A stretch of DNA of 64,000 bases from contig JBGVPG010000009.1 in NCBI GenBank assembly GCA_045126855.1, forward strand, positions 83,717-147,716, given 5' to 3'. The position numbers were made by a program, and so were the translations under genes. Positions 47,371 through 57,249 of this stretch are shown in pieces. Position 1 is the stretch's first letter, and each line of letters begins with the position of its first letter. This DNA is from Eubacteriales bacterium (lineage in GTDB: Bacteria > Bacillota > Clostridia > Oscillospirales > CAG-272). The notes under the pieces were generated by a model. That model saw only the letters and a list, made by a program, of their open reading frames with translations, had not been told where the DNA came from and did not search any database.

Positions 47371-47925
47371 ATGAAAGCAACCGGAATTGTTCGTAGGATT
47401 GACGATCTTGGACGTGTAGTTATACCCAAGGAGATTCGCCGCACTATGAGGATCAAGGAAGGCGATCCGCTGGAAATTTTTACCGACCGTGAGGGAGAGG
47501 TAATTTTCAAAAAGTACTCTCCCATAGGAGAGATGCAAAGCTTTGCCACCGATTATGCAGATACATTGCAGAAAACGTCGTCATCCCCTATTTTCATTTG
47601 CGACAGAGATGCTGTAATTGCCGTTTCAGGAGCATCGAAGCGAGACTATCTTGAAAGAAGAATTTCGAGAGGTCTTGAGGAGATAGTTGAATCTCGATCG
47701 CTTTACGTCAGAGGAAATAATAAAGAGCCTATTTCGATTATCAACGACGGCGGTTCCCACTACGTCAACTGCGCTATGCCTATTCTGAGCGAGGGAGATA
47801 TCGTTGGCTGCGTTGTTTCAGCCTGGCAGTACGATATGTCCACCAACGGCAAAATATCCGACGAAATCGAATCCAAGCTGGTACAAACAGCAGGAATGTT
47901 TCTAGGCAGGCAAATGGAGGGATAA
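47371..47925 (+). CDS. spoVT: stage V sporulation protein T (AbrB-family forespore regulator)
   Basis: 184 aa. MKATGIVRRIDDLGRVVIPKEIRRTMRIKEGDPLEIF is near-identical to the SpoVT/AbrB swapped-hairpin N-terminus, followed by a GAF-like C-terminal domain. Confidence 0.93.
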   Translation: MKATGIVRRIDDLGRVVIPKEIRRTMRIKEGDPLEIFTDREGEVIFKKYSPIGEMQSFATDYADTLQKTSSSPIFICDRDAVIAVSGASKRDYLERRISRGLEEIVESRSLYVRGNNKEPISIINDGGSHYVNCAMPILSEGDIVGCVVSAWQYDMSTNGKISDEIESKLVQTAGMFLGRQMEG

Positions 47926-47930
47926 ATAAA

Positions 47931-47965
47931 AGGTCTGTTTCGCGCATGGAAACAGACCTTTTATT
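47931..47965. terminator. bidirectional terminator between spoVT and the phosphatase gene
   Basis: 11-bp stem aggtctgtttc / gaaacagacct with loop gcgcatg, flanked by AAA and TTTTATT. Confidence 0.8.
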
Positions 47966-48644
47966 ATTTGTTGAAAATCTTATCAGACTCGATCTTTATG
48001 TAGTCTGCCTTGTTTTTTACCTTGGAAATTGCACGAGTGAAGCTCTTATACGCCTTCTCATCCTTGCCGTGAATATCGCTGCCAAGGGCGATAACGTCAC
48101 CGTTATTTATCCACTTATATAGCGATTTTTTCTTAAAGAAGCGATCTAGGGAGCTAGCGTTAAGCTGAAGCCTTGCTCCTGCTTCAAGCATCTTCTCAAC
48201 AACCTTTTTTGAGTATCTATCGGCGTGAGCAATAATCACGTCAATCCCCTTCTCACGCATCTTCCTTACGGCCTCGGGAAAATAATCCTCATATCTGTCG
48301 AAGGGAAGCTCGAGAAGAAGCGATCTGGTGCCTTCAATAAAGAGGCTCTCGATGTTAGGAATATTTTGTATTCCCGGACAAATAAGCACCTCAGCACCAA
48401 TCTTAACCTTCATTCCCTCGGGAATGTGGGGCTTCAGAGTTTCATACGCCGATGCCCTTCTCTCAAGGAAGTCCTCCAGAAGATGGCGGTGGGGGTAAAA
48501 ATGCGGAGTGGCGATAACCCTGAATACTCCGGCGGATTTTGCTGAATTCAGCTGAAAAACGCTTGTCTCAACAGAACCCGAGCCATGATCCGCACGCGGA
48601 AGTATATGGGCGTGGAAATCAACAAATCCTTCTGATTTATTCAT
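47964..48644 (-). CDS. PHP-family protein-tyrosine phosphatase (CpsB/Wzh/YwqE type)
   Basis: VDFHAHILPRADHGS, ATPHFYP and IIAHADRY motifs. The 288-aa track ORF over-extends through the kinase tail repeat. Start set to ATG 48644 (MNKSEGF), overlapping the kinase stop by 8 nt; ATG 48656 is an alternative. Confidence 0.85.
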   Translation of the reverse strand: MNKSEGFVDFHAHILPRADHGSGSVETSVFQLNSAKSAGVFRVIATPHFYPHRHLLEDFLERRASAYETLKPHIPEGMKVKIGAEVLICPGIQNIPNIESLFIEGTRSLLLELPFDRYEDYFPEAVRKMREKGIDVIIAHADRYSKKVVEKMLEAGARLQLNASSLDRFFKKKSLYKWINNGDVIALGSDIHGKDEKAYKSFTRAISKVKNKADYIKIESDKIFNK

Positions 48645-49470
48645 TACCCTTATCATCGTATCTTGAATAGCTTGCATATCTCGAGTATCTGGAGTATCTG
48701 GAATACTTAGAATACTTTGAATACTTCGAGTACTTACCATACTTGCCGTACTTACCATACTTACCGTCGATCTTGCCGATATTAAGGTCGGAAAGTACAA
48801 TACCGTAGATCTCTGCGCCAACCTGTTCAAGCGCCTCTATACATTCCTGTGTTCTCGGAACAAGAGAATATTCGGAACGGCTTGCAAGGATGTATCCGTT
48901 AACGTTAGAGTTATACAAAACGGCGTCCGCAACTACCGTTACGGGAGGAGTGTCAATAATGATGTAATCAAATTCGTTGGAGCAAGCCTCAAGAAGCTTC
49001 TGCATTCTCTCGGAACTGATAAGCTTAGTGGGGTTGACGTTAGAGCCGCCCGCAGGAAGAACTACAAGCTTACCGTCGGATGAATACTCGAAATGAGGAT
49101 CGTTGTCAATTCCGGCAAGATACTCGCTAAGACCGTGAGTATCGGTAGCGATACCAAGGTTAAAGCAAACTCTGGGACGACGCATATCCGAGTCAATAAG
49201 AAGAACTCTCTTATCCTCGAGGTTCTGTGCAAGGGTAAGCGCAAGGTTACAGGAAAGAGTTGTCTTTCCCTCACCGGGGAACGCACTGGTAACTACGATC
49301 TTCTTGCACTTATCAGCAATGTTAAGATAACGTACGTTGGTGAAAAGTGTTTTATATGCCTCGCGAATGGCAAAGGGAGTTTTTGAATTTACAATATGGC
49401 TTTCTTCCACGTTGTTTTTTGCTTTCTTTTTCGCTTTATTGCGAGTAAGCATTTCCATTATAAAGTTCAT
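48637..49470 (-). CDS. BY-kinase, cytoplasmic catalytic subunit (CpsD/Wze/PtkA type) with an expanded C-terminal tyrosine repeat
   Basis: 277 aa. Walker A SAFPGEGKTT, Walker A' LLIDSDMRRP and Walker B DYIIIDTPPV. The C-terminus reads (GKY)4(SKY)3(SRY)3 ASY SRY DDKGNE. Confidence 0.92.
   Translation of the reverse strand: MNFIMEMLTRNKAKKKAKNNVEESHIVNSKTPFAIREAYKTLFTNVRYLNIADKCKKIVVTSAFPGEGKTTLSCNLALTLAQNLEDKRVLLIDSDMRRPRVCFNLGIATDTHGLSEYLAGIDNDPHFEYSSDGKLVVLPAGGSNVNPTKLISSERMQKLLEACSNEFDYIIIDTPPVTVVADAVLYNSNVNGYILASRSEYSLVPRTQECIEALEQVGAEIYGIVLSDLNIGKIDGKYGKYGKYGKYSKYSKYSKYSRYSRYSRYASYSRYDDKGNE
48658..48765 (-). repeat. 12 tandem 9-bp coding units (X-X-Tyr)12 inside the BY-kinase gene
   Basis: Read on the minus strand the units are: ggtaagtat, ggtaagtac, ggcaagtat, ggtaagtac, tcgaagtat, tcaaagtat, tctaagtat, tccagatac, tccagatac, tcgagatat, gcaagctat, tcaagatac. 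Confidence 0.95.
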
Positions 49471-49491
49471 CTTCTACTCTCCTTTCACCAA

Positions 49492-50235
49492 TTAATCCAT
49501 GTTGGGGTCGAATCGAGGAATAACTCCGATAACGGGAATATTGAAGCTTTGCTCAATCTTCTCCTTTGTACGGATAACGATGTCAAGCTTAGCAACAACG
49601 AAAACGATAAGTGCGGCGAGCACTGCACCGGCAACTCCACCGATAAATGCGTTTCTAACAGTGCCCCTGGCATTTCTTGTAATTTCCTCAACAGGAGGAT
49701 CTATTACCTTGATAGAAATAGAGTACTCCTCATAGTAATCACCAATTATATCAGGGAAGGTGTGGTATACTATATCGGTAATGTCATAGGAAAGCTGGGG
49801 GTCTGTGGTGATAGCAGAAATATCAAATACAGTTGCCTCGCCAACGACCTTGATGGATAAAGCTTTTCTAAGAAAATCCAAGGAAACAAACTCATACTCC
49901 GGATTCTTTTCAATAAGAGCCTCCTTTACCATTGTAGTATACTGATTGGTCTCCATGATCTGCTCGGTCATGGCAATCATGGACTGCATAGCGTCAATTT
50001 CGCTGGCAGAAAGACCTGTGGTAATTGCAGCAGAGCCACTGGTGGTTCCGTACTGAGTAGGAGTTTTAACCATAATAAAGCTTGCTGTGGAAGTATATGT
50101 ATCCTCCTTGATAAACATTGAATATACGCCAAGCGCACCTGCAAAAAGCACCGCAACAATAACGATTATCCAAAGCTTAGGAAGAAATATGTCAAATAAT
50201 TCTTTAATGGTTATTTCGTCGTTATGTTCTTTCAT
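49492..50235 (-). CDS. Wzz/CpsC/TkmA-type polysaccharide co-polymerase / BY-kinase transmembrane modulator
   Basis: 247 aa. N-terminal Wzz motif with TM1 (LWIIVIVAVLFAGALGVY), an extracytoplasmic loop, TM2 (FIGGVAGAVLAALIVFVVA) and a short cytoplasmic tail. Confidence 0.88.
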   Translation of the reverse strand: MKEHNDEITIKELFDIFLPKLWIIVIVAVLFAGALGVYSMFIKEDTYTSTASFIMVKTPTQYGTTSGSAAITTGLSASEIDAMQSMIAMTEQIMETNQYTTMVKEALIEKNPEYEFVSLDFLRKALSIKVVGEATVFDISAITTDPQLSYDITDIVYHTFPDIIGDYYEEYSISIKVIDPPVEEITRNARGTVRNAFIGGVAGAVLAALIVFVVAKLDIVIRTKEKIEQSFNIPVIGVIPRFDPNMD

Positions 50236-50348
50236 TACTATCTCCGTTCTGACGTCAAACAGGCGTCTGATTTTTTCATTAAACTATAGTTTACAACATT
50301 TTCTGTCAAATGTCAAGTATTTTCGCGTTTAATACAAAATAATAAGGC

Positions 50349-51416
50349 TTAGTTTGACAGATAGTCTTTAAGTGTTTTGGATCTGGAGGGGTGTCTCAGC
50401 TTACGGAGTGCCTTTGCCTCAATCTGTCTGATACGCTCTCTTGTAATCTCAAACTTCTTTCCGACCTCCTCAAGAGTCCTGGGGCGTCCATCCTCGAGGC
50501 CAAAACGAAGCTTAATGACCTGCTCCTCTCTGGGTGTCAGAGTGTGAAGAATGTTGCAAAGCTGCTCGCGAAGAAGCGAGTAGGATGCGCTGTCGGAGGG
50601 TGCGGGAGAATCGTTGTCCTCAACGAAATCACCGAGATGGCTATCCTCCTCCTCACCGATAGGAGTTTCCAGCGAAACGGGATCCTGTGCGATCTTCATG
50701 ATCTCACGAACCTTGTCTGCGGTCATACCAAGCGCCTCTGCAACCTCGTCGGTGGTAGGCTCTCTGCCAAGCTCCTGGAGAAGCTGACGTGTAGTTCTGG
50801 AAACCTTATGAATGGTCTCAACCATGTGCACGGGAATTCTGATGGTTCTTGCCTGATCTGCAATAGCTCTGGTAATCGCCTGGCGAATCCACCAGGTTGC
50901 GTATGTGGAGAACTTATAACCCTTGCTGTGATCGAACTTCTCTACCGCCTTAATCAGACCGAGATTTCCCTCCTGGATAAGATCAAGGAAATACATACCC
51001 TTACCAACGTGGCGCTTTGCAATACTAACTACAAGACGAAGGTTAGCCTCGATAAGCTCGTCCTTTGCCTGCTTGTTTCCAAGAGAAATCTGCTCGGCAA
51101 GATAGGTTTCACGCTCGGGTGTAAGAAGCGGGATTTTACCAATCTCCTTGAGATACATACGGACAGGATCATCAATAGCAAGACCTTCCTGGGAGAAATA
51201 CTTGTCCATATTCTCTGTGGAATCAAAGTTTCTCGCATCCTGCTCTATTTCCTTCATCTCGTCCGTTTCAAGTTCATCGGGACTTGCGGAATCAATGTCA
51301 CTCTGAGAAATATCGTAATCAATATCCTCGAGAGCCTTCATAATATCGGAATTACCAATACCGCCATCGCCCTTTGAATCAATATATTCGTTAACGTCAA
51401 TTTTATCTCTGCTCAT
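50349..51416 (-). CDS. rpoD: primary RNA polymerase sigma factor (SigA/RpoD)
   Basis: 355 aa. Acidic region 1; region 2 [14 protein letters not shown]; region 4.2 [28 protein letters not shown]. Confidence 0.97.
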   Translation of the reverse strand: MSRDKIDVNEYIDSKGDGGIGNSDIMKALEDIDYDISQSDIDSASPDELETDEMKEIEQDARNFDSTENMDKYFSQEGLAIDDPVRMYLKEIGKIPLLTPERETYLAEQISLGNKQAKDELIEANLRLVVSIAKRHVGKGMYFLDLIQEGNLGLIKAVEKFDHSKGYKFSTYATWWIRQAITRAIADQARTIRIPVHMVETIHKVSRTTRQLLQELGREPTTDEVAEALGMTADKVREIMKIAQDPVSLETPIGEEEDSHLGDFVEDNDSPAPSDSASYSLLREQLCNILHTLTPREEQVIKLRFGLEDGRPRTLEEVGKKFEITRERIRQIEAKALRKLRHPSRSKTLKDYLSN

Positions 51417-51454
51417 TTTTATTCCTTCCCTTCTAAATTCAAGCTTAAGATATA

Positions 51455-53221
51455 TTAATTATTTTGCTTACTTTTAATGAGATTTACAAGACTGTCGAGT
51501 GAGGAGTTTTTCTCGTTTAGCTTCTTGCTGACCGATCTTTTAAGGTTATCAATACTATCACGTAAAACCTTATCACCGTTTTCAGACAGCTCCATACGCA
51601 CGCTCTTCATTCGTGCCATTCTTCCCCGTTCATCGGTGGTGAAATGGTCGTCAATATCAAAATGCGAATCCTCGCCGTTAAAATAAGCATTTTCGAGATA
51701 TTTGAAAATTCTTTTGTTCAGATCGGTCATAAAATCATCAGCACTCACAAGACCGTTTTCAAACGCCATTTTTCTGTGCTCTGGATACATCAGAAGAAGT
51801 CCAAGGAGATTTTCTTCGTTTCTCGCCACAGCCGGCGCTTTTGCAAAGTCTGGATTAACCTTATCGGTATAACCAACGGCATCCTGTTTAACCCTGCTGG
51901 ACTCCTCCTTGCGCCATTTCTTCTCGGCATTCTTTATCATTTTCTCGACGTCGTTTTTAACACTTTTCACTTCAACGCCAAAGATCTTTGCCACCGTCTG
52001 AATATAAATATCACGTTCTGCCGAGGAATATGTCTCAGAAATCAAAATTTCACTTTCGGTCAAAGCCTTAATCTTTTCATTTGAGAGATTAATATCATGC
52101 TTGGAAAGTATGATTTCCAGGTTATAATCAAACTTTGATTTCGACTGCGAGAGAAGTTGGCTGAACTTTTCTCTGCCAAACTTCTTTATGTACTCGTCAG
52201 GGTCCTTTGCTCCGGTAACCTTCAGTATGGTAACGTCGAGCCCAACCTCGGAAAGAAGCTTGACGGCTCTCATGGCAGCCTTTTGCCCTGCCTCATCGGA
52301 GTCGTAGCAAATAATAACCTTTTTAGTATATCTGCTAAGCATCCTCGCCTGCTCGGAGGTTATAGCCGTACCAAGGGTAGCCACAGCGTTTTCAAAGCCT
52401 GCAGAATGCAAGGCGATGACGTCCATATAACCCTCGCAGAGGATTATTGCCTCCTGACAAACGTGCCTTGCAAAATTCAAGGCAAAAAGATTTCTCGATT
52501 TTTTAAATACAGGAGTATCGGAGGAATTCTTATACTTAGGCTTCGAATCATCCATTACTCTGCCGCCAAAGGCGATTACATTGCCCGAAACGTCAATGAT
52601 CGGGAACATTATCCTATTTCTGAAGGCGTCGTAATATCTTCCTTTATCGCTCTTACCGCAAAGGAAACCTGCCTCAAGCTCCTCAAAGGAGTATCCCTTC
52701 GCCAACATATACTTTGAAAATGCGTCAAAGCTGTTTGGAGCAAAGCCGAGTCCGAAATGCTTTATGGTAGCCAGCGACAAACCACGTTTATCGGTAAAGT
52801 ATGACATAGCCGCCTTGGCATCAGGATGATCAGAGAAAAGGCATCTGTTAAAGTACTTAGCAGCGTCAACGTTCATCTTGAACATTCTCGCTCTCTCGAA
52901 CTTCGGCGCCTGCCTTAGTCTGTCGTTATCATCTCTTATTATCGTAATTCCCGCACGGTTTGCAAGAAATTCAACTGCGTCGGGATAATCAAGATTTTCT
53001 CTTTTACGAATAAAAGTAATTGCGTCACCGCCTGCACCGCAGCCGAAGCAATAAAAGCTGTTATCGGCAGGATAAACGGTAAATGACGGAGTCTTTTCGC
53101 TATGGAAGGGACAAAGTCCTTTCAAATTGGAGCCTGCTCTTTTCAGAGAAATATAGCTACCAATCAGCGTCTCAATATCGGTACGCATCAAAACCTGCTC
53201 AATGGTTTCTTTACTGATCAA
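51455..53221 (-). CDS. dnaG: DNA primase DnaG
   Basis: Zinc ribbon [22 protein letters not shown] and TOPRIM EGYMDVI. Start probably TTG 53221, 8 nt after AAAGGAGG. The track GTG at 53230 overlaps the SD itself. Confidence 0.94.
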   Translation of the reverse strand: MISKETIEQVLMRTDIETLIGSYISLKRAGSNLKGLCPFHSEKTPSFTVYPADNSFYCFGCGAGGDAITFIRKRENLDYPDAVEFLANRAGITIIRDDNDRLRQAPKFERARMFKMNVDAAKYFNRCLFSDHPDAKAAMSYFTDKRGLSLATIKHFGLGFAPNSFDAFSKYMLAKGYSFEELEAGFLCGKSDKGRYYDAFRNRIMFPIIDVSGNVIAFGGRVMDDSKPKYKNSSDTPVFKKSRNLFALNFARHVCQEAIILCEGYMDVIALHSAGFENAVATLGTAITSEQARMLSRYTKKVIICYDSDEAGQKAAMRAVKLLSEVGLDVTILKVTGAKDPDEYIKKFGREKFSQLLSQSKSKFDYNLEIILSKHDINLSNEKIKALTESEILISETYSSAERDIYIQTVAKIFGVEVKSVKNDVEKMIKNAEKKWRKEESSRVKQDAVGYTDKVNPDFAKAPAVARNEENLLGLLLMYPEHRKMAFENGLVSADDFMTDLNKRIFKYLENAYFNGEDSHFDIDDHFTTDERGRMARMKSVRMELSENGDKVLRDSIDNLKRSVSKKLNEKNSSLDSLVNLIKSKQNN

Positions 53222-53294
53222 AAAGAGCACCTCCTTTTCATAAATCGCCTTAATATACGATTATTATTTAAAAAACACTTTTTTAAACAAAAAA

Positions 53295-53912
53295 TTAATA
53301 GCCAAATTCTTCGCCGAGCTTTTTTATCTCTATTCTCCCTGCTGTCGCCTCGGTAAGAGCAGATGAAAGCTCATCAAAGGACGAGCTGATAATTCGTCCT
53401 CTTACAGTAATACCAACGTCATAGAGGCTTTCCTCAATTCTGAATCCAAATGAATCGAGAACGGAGGTAATTTTACCGTAATCAGAATAGCTAACCGAGA
53501 GCTCTGCCTCGGTATAAATGTCATATCTTATTATTTCGCCATTTTCAAGTGCACCTAAAGCTGCCGCCGTATATGCTCGCACAAGGCCACCTGTACCAAG
53601 CAAGGTTCCGCCAAAATATCTGGTGACGACGATAACCACGTCGGTACATCCATTTTTACGAATAATATCAAGAACGGGCATACCTGCAGTTCCCTGAGGC
53701 TCGTGATCATCGGTAAAACGCATTGTGGAATTTTCACGAAGAACGTAAGCATACACGTGATGACGGGCATCGGGATAACGTTTTTTAACAGATTCGATAA
53801 ATCTCAAAGCGTCTGCCTCGCAGGAAACGGGCATAGCCTCGCCGATGAATACCGACTTTCTGTCCTCGTATTCAAAATACGAACGATTTTTTATGGTAAT
53901 GTATCCTTCCAT
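53295..53912 (-). CDS. YigZ-family (IMPACT/UPF0029) protein
   Basis: 205 aa. KSVFIGEA..., ARHHVYAY, DDHEPQGTAG and VVTRYFGGTLLGTGGLVRAY. Confidence 0.88.
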   Translation of the reverse strand: MEGYITIKNRSYFEYEDRKSVFIGEAMPVSCEADALRFIESVKKRYPDARHHVYAYVLRENSTMRFTDDHEPQGTAGMPVLDIIRKNGCTDVVIVVTRYFGGTLLGTGGLVRAYTAAALGALENGEIIRYDIYTEAELSVSYSDYGKITSVLDSFGFRIEESLYDVGITVRGRIISSSFDELSSALTEATAGRIEIKKLGEEFGY

Positions 53913-53914
53913 AA

Positions 53915-55177
53915 TTACCCCTCTACAACGTACTTACCATACATGCCTCTGCCCTTTTCATCAAGTATTACCTCGACCGATATTCCCTCGTCAAGATACT
54001 CTGTTGATGAGACGGTGTAATTATTGTATAAGGCGCTGACAAGTGCCTGGCTTGTATATGGGATAAGGAGGGTGTATTTTTTCTTGAATCTTTGAACGGT
54101 CCTTTCGATTGCGGACAGTAAATTGTCAATTCCCTTGCCCGTAACACCCGAAACGAATACGGTGTCATCATTCTCCGTAGAAGGAACTTCACGATTAAGC
54201 AGATCGCATTTGTTATACACGTAGATTATGGGTTTATCCGAGGAAGAAAGATCCTCGATAACCTCCTTGGTTACCTCAATATGCTCTGCCACCTCCGGAT
54301 CATTAACGTCCGACACTATGAGCAGAATATCTGCGTAAACGACCTCGTCGAGTGTTGATTTAAACGCCTTTACGAGATGATGGGGCAATTTTCTTATAAA
54401 TCCAACCGTGTCTGTAAGAAGAATGGTTTCACCGCAAGGCAGCTCGAGCTTTCTGGTGGTGGGGTCAAGGGTTGCAAAAAGCTTGTCCTCGGAAAGCACT
54501 CCGGCGCCCGTTAAGGCATTAAGCAAGGTGGATTTTCCTGCATTGGTGTAACCGACAAGAGCAACCTTAGGAAGACCGCTTCTGTCACGCTGGGCACGCA
54601 TTACTGCCCTGTTATGCTCCATTTCGGCAAGGCGCTTTTCAAGAGCAACAACCTTCTCCTTCATATGTCGGCGATCACTCTCAAGCTTTGTCTCACCGGG
54701 GCCTCTCGTTCCAATACCGCCTCCGAGACGTGACATCTCGGTACCTCGACCCATAAGTCTCGGTGCGCTGTATCGAAGCTGTGCCAATTCAACCTGAAGC
54801 TTACCCTCGCCACTTGTGGCATGGAGGGCGAAAATATCCAAAATGAGCATACTGCGGTCTATAACACGTACGCCCTCGCCTATATCGTTTTCAAGATTTC
54901 TAATTTGTGCAGGGGTCAGCTCAAAATCAAAAATGACCAGCTCAATAGCGTTGTCACGGCAAAGCTCAGATATCTCCTTAACCTTACCGCTACCAATACA
55001 GGTTCTTGGGTCAAAGCTATCCTTAACCTGAAGAACACGGGCAAATACACTGCCACCTGCCGTATCAAGAAGTCTCTCGAGCTCGTCAAGCGACCTTTCA
55101 CACTCGTCCACGTCACTTCCTCGCTCGGCAATAGAAACGAGTATGGCGGCACTTTTTACAATTTCAGAATCCTTCAT
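53915..55177 (-). CDS. hflX: GTPase HflX
   Basis: 420 aa. HflX N-terminal domain (ELTPAQIRNLE), coiled linker and G domain GYTNAGKSTLLNALT, DTVGF, NKCD. Confidence 0.95.
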   Translation of the reverse strand: MKDSEIVKSAAILVSIAERGSDVDECERSLDELERLLDTAGGSVFARVLQVKDSFDPRTCIGSGKVKEISELCRDNAIELVIFDFELTPAQIRNLENDIGEGVRVIDRSMLILDIFALHATSGEGKLQVELAQLRYSAPRLMGRGTEMSRLGGGIGTRGPGETKLESDRRHMKEKVVALEKRLAEMEHNRAVMRAQRDRSGLPKVALVGYTNAGKSTLLNALTGAGVLSEDKLFATLDPTTRKLELPCGETILLTDTVGFIRKLPHHLVKAFKSTLDEVVYADILLIVSDVNDPEVAEHIEVTKEVIEDLSSSDKPIIYVYNKCDLLNREVPSTENDDTVFVSGVTGKGIDNLLSAIERTVQRFKKKYTLLIPYTSQALVSALYNNYTVSSTEYLDEGISVEVILDEKGRGMYGKYVVEG

Positions 55178-55191
55178 AATAAAACCCTTTT

Positions 55192-55231
55192 AAGAAACAA
55201 AAAGAGCGACGGAAATATCCGAGCGCTCTTT
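55192..55231 (-). terminator. rho-independent terminator of rpmE
   Basis: Stem aaagagcg..cgga / tccg..cgctcttt. On the minus strand it is followed by ttgtttctt. Confidence 0.65.
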
Positions 55232-55244
55232 TATGATACATAGA

Positions 55245-55457
55245 TTACTTGTTGTTCTGCGCTGCTGCAAGACGCTTCTTGAACTTGTCAAGACGTCCGC
55301 CTGCGTCAACAAACTTCTGCTTACCTGTATAGAAAGGATGGCACTTGGAGCAAATTTCCACGTTCATATCGCCCTTTACAGAGTGAGTCTGTACGGTTGC
55401 GCCACATGCACACTTAATGGTAGCCTCTTTGTATTCGGGATGTAATCCAGCCTTCAT
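55245..55457 (-). CDS. rpmE: 50S ribosomal protein L31 (Cys-containing, zinc-binding form)
   Basis: 70 aa. [19 protein letters not shown]...[12 protein letters not shown]. Confidence 0.96.
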   Translation of the reverse strand: MKAGLHPEYKEATIKCACGATVQTHSVKGDMNVEICSKCHPFYTGKQKFVDAGGRLDKFKKRLAAAQNNK

Positions 55458-55545
55458 TTTAACACCTCTTTTACATTAAAGTCATTTTAATACGGCTTAT
55501 TATATCACATATTTTTTCGTTTTGCAATACCTTTTTCAAAAAATT

Positions 55546-56259
55546 TTAAATCTTTTCCTCTATTTTTTTACGTAAATTGCTCATTATCTTCTTTTCAAGC
55601 CGTGATATGTAGCTTTGGCTGATGCCCAAAGCATCTGCCACCTCCTTCTGTGTAAGCTCCCTGCCGCTACCAAGACCAAATCTAAGCTCTACTATTATCC
55701 TTTCCCTATCGCATAAACCTGAGACAGCTTCTCTTACAATCCGCCTCTCCTCGTCATCCTCCATCTCCTTAGTCACAACGTCGCTGTCGCTACCAAGAAT
55801 ATCTGAAAGCAAAAGCTCGTTACCATCCCAGTCCACGCTGAGCGGTTCATCAATGGACAGCTCCTTTTTATGCGACTGCGACTTTCTTATAAACATAAGG
55901 ATCTCGTTTTCAATACATCTCGAGGCATAGGTTGCGAGCTTGATGTTCTTATCACTATTAAAAGTTGAGATAGCCTTAACCAATCCAACGGTACCAATGG
56001 AGATAAGCTCCTCAATATTTGCGCCCGTATTCTCAAAGCGTTTTGCTATATAGGCTACAAGGCGAAGATTATGCTCTATAAGGCAGGAGCGAGCCTCAAA
56101 GCTATCAATATTACGAATCATCATCTCCTCATCCTCGGCACAAAGAGGCGGTGGCAGAGTTTCGCTACCATTTATATAATATATACTGTTGTCAAACAGC
56201 TTTGCCCTTATTCTTAGAAGGAAAAGGGATAACCTACGTTTAATATCAGACAAAAGCAT
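55546..56259 (-). CDS. sigE: sporulation sigma factor SigE (pro-sigma-E)
   Basis: 237 aa. Pro-sequence followed by [32 protein letters not shown] and [13 protein letters not shown]. It lies directly downstream of and overlaps spoIIGA. Confidence 0.93.
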   Translation of the reverse strand: MLLSDIKRRLSLFLLRIRAKLFDNSIYYINGSETLPPPLCAEDEEMMIRNIDSFEARSCLIEHNLRLVAYIAKRFENTGANIEELISIGTVGLVKAISTFNSDKNIKLATYASRCIENEILMFIRKSQSHKKELSIDEPLSVDWDGNELLLSDILGSDSDVVTKEMEDDEERRIVREAVSGLCDRERIIVELRFGLGSGRELTQKEVADALGISQSYISRLEKKIMSNLRKKIEEKI

Positions 56260-57112
56260 TATCTAAAGCGGCGGATGGCATAAGAGCCATATATCCACCG
56301 AAGCTGCCTCCTTCCTTATCTATCGCAATTGTGACGCGAAGCTCCTCAAATCCGTCACCGCGCTTAATTCTAACCGTATCAGCCTTTACGCCCACAAGCA
56401 CGTGCGTCTCACCTCCACGAGAGATTGGAATAAGTCGAATTCGCTTTTTTACCGCTCTCTCAAGTCCGTCAATATTTGATAGCTCGATGATATTTTCGGG
56501 CAGAATCATTTTTGCAAGATCCTTTTTAATTAATAACACAGGACTCATATCCATAGGATCCTTTGCAAGGTTTCCGCTGTCAATAAAAGCGGAAACGGTC
56601 GTCTTACTGTCCAAAAATGAAATTTCCACGTCAACACTTCCCTCGCTTTCTATATTTGAAAAGAAAGAAACAAGCATCTTAAATACTCCTATACATAACA
56701 AAACTATGAGGGATAGAAATAGCATTTTTCTGTTCAGCGCACCCCCATCTGCGCTATTAAAGAAGTGTGAAAGATATTTATCAAAGAGATTCCAGATAAG
56801 ACTTACTCCGCCCCCCACAAGTGCCTCGAAAACAAGAAACGCCATGGTGAACTTTATCTTTCGGCGAAAGGATACTCCTTTTGGAGTTATCATACCCATA
56901 AAAATCAAACCGAGTCCACCGAAGATGAGCTTCAAAAGGGGTATTTCAGGCAAAAAAATAACCCCCACAGCGCTAAGCGCACCCATCACAGACGCTATAA
57001 TTAAACGTCTTGTTGTCGTCGGAGTTTTAGATAATATTGTCGCAAAATACAGCGAGATGATGTCAACCGTTAAATTGATCAAAAAATATACGTCTATGTA
57101 AAGCGTTCGCAA
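56246..57112 (-). CDS. spoIIGA: sigma-E processing peptidase SpoIIGA
   Basis: Five-TM N-terminal half, aspartic protease motif FIDSGN, and a position upstream of sigE. Start probably TTG 57112, 4 nt after GGGGGTGA. The track ATG at 57166 lies inside a promoter-like element. Confidence 0.85.
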   Translation of the reverse strand: MRTLYIDVYFLINLTVDIISLYFATILSKTPTTTRRLIIASVMGALSAVGVIFLPEIPLLKLIFGGLGLIFMGMITPKGVSFRRKIKFTMAFLVFEALVGGGVSLIWNLFDKYLSHFFNSADGGALNRKMLFLSLIVLLCIGVFKMLVSFFSNIESEGSVDVEISFLDSKTTVSAFIDSGNLAKDPMDMSPVLLIKKDLAKMILPENIIELSNIDGLERAVKKRIRLIPISRGGETHVLVGVKADTVRIKRGDGFEELRVTIAIDKEGGSFGGYMALMPSAALDNAFV

Positions 57113-57133
57113 GCTATCACCCCCAGCAAAATT

Positions 57134-57166
57134 ATTGTAACACAAACTCTGAGCATAACTTGTCAT
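57134..57166 (-). promoter_or_regulatory. spoIIG-type promoter candidate with an over-long spacer
   Basis: On the minus strand: ATGACA (57166-57161), 21-nt spacer, TGt-TACAAT (57139-57134). Confidence 0.4.
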
Positions 57167-57189
57167 AAAATGGGTTTAAAAAATATTTT

Positions 57190-57240
57190 TTTAAAAAATA
57201 AAACACGGAAAATCCGCTGAATACTGGATAATCCGTGTTT
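57190..57240 (-). terminator. terminator of the Mrp/NBP35 gene
   Basis: 9-bp stem aaacacgga / tccgtgttt with a 22-nt loop. On the minus strand it is followed by TTATTTTTT. Confidence 0.55.
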
Positions 57241-57249
57241 ATTTTATGT

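Noticed and set aside
48658-48765. Tandem 9-bp repeat considered as a non-coding minisatellite or CRISPR-like array.
   Set aside because: The units are contiguous with no spacers. They are in frame within the kinase gene and encode the known functional Tyr cluster.
48645-48830. N-terminal extension of the phosphatase ORF, reading STVSMVSTASMVST...
   Set aside because: It is the +1-frame read-through of the kinase 9-bp repeat tract. The PHP domain begins right after ATG 48644.
50391-51377. 328-aa plus-strand ORF antisense to rpoD.
   Set aside because: Codon-aligned antisense frame of a strongly codon-biased, highly expressed gene. No signals.
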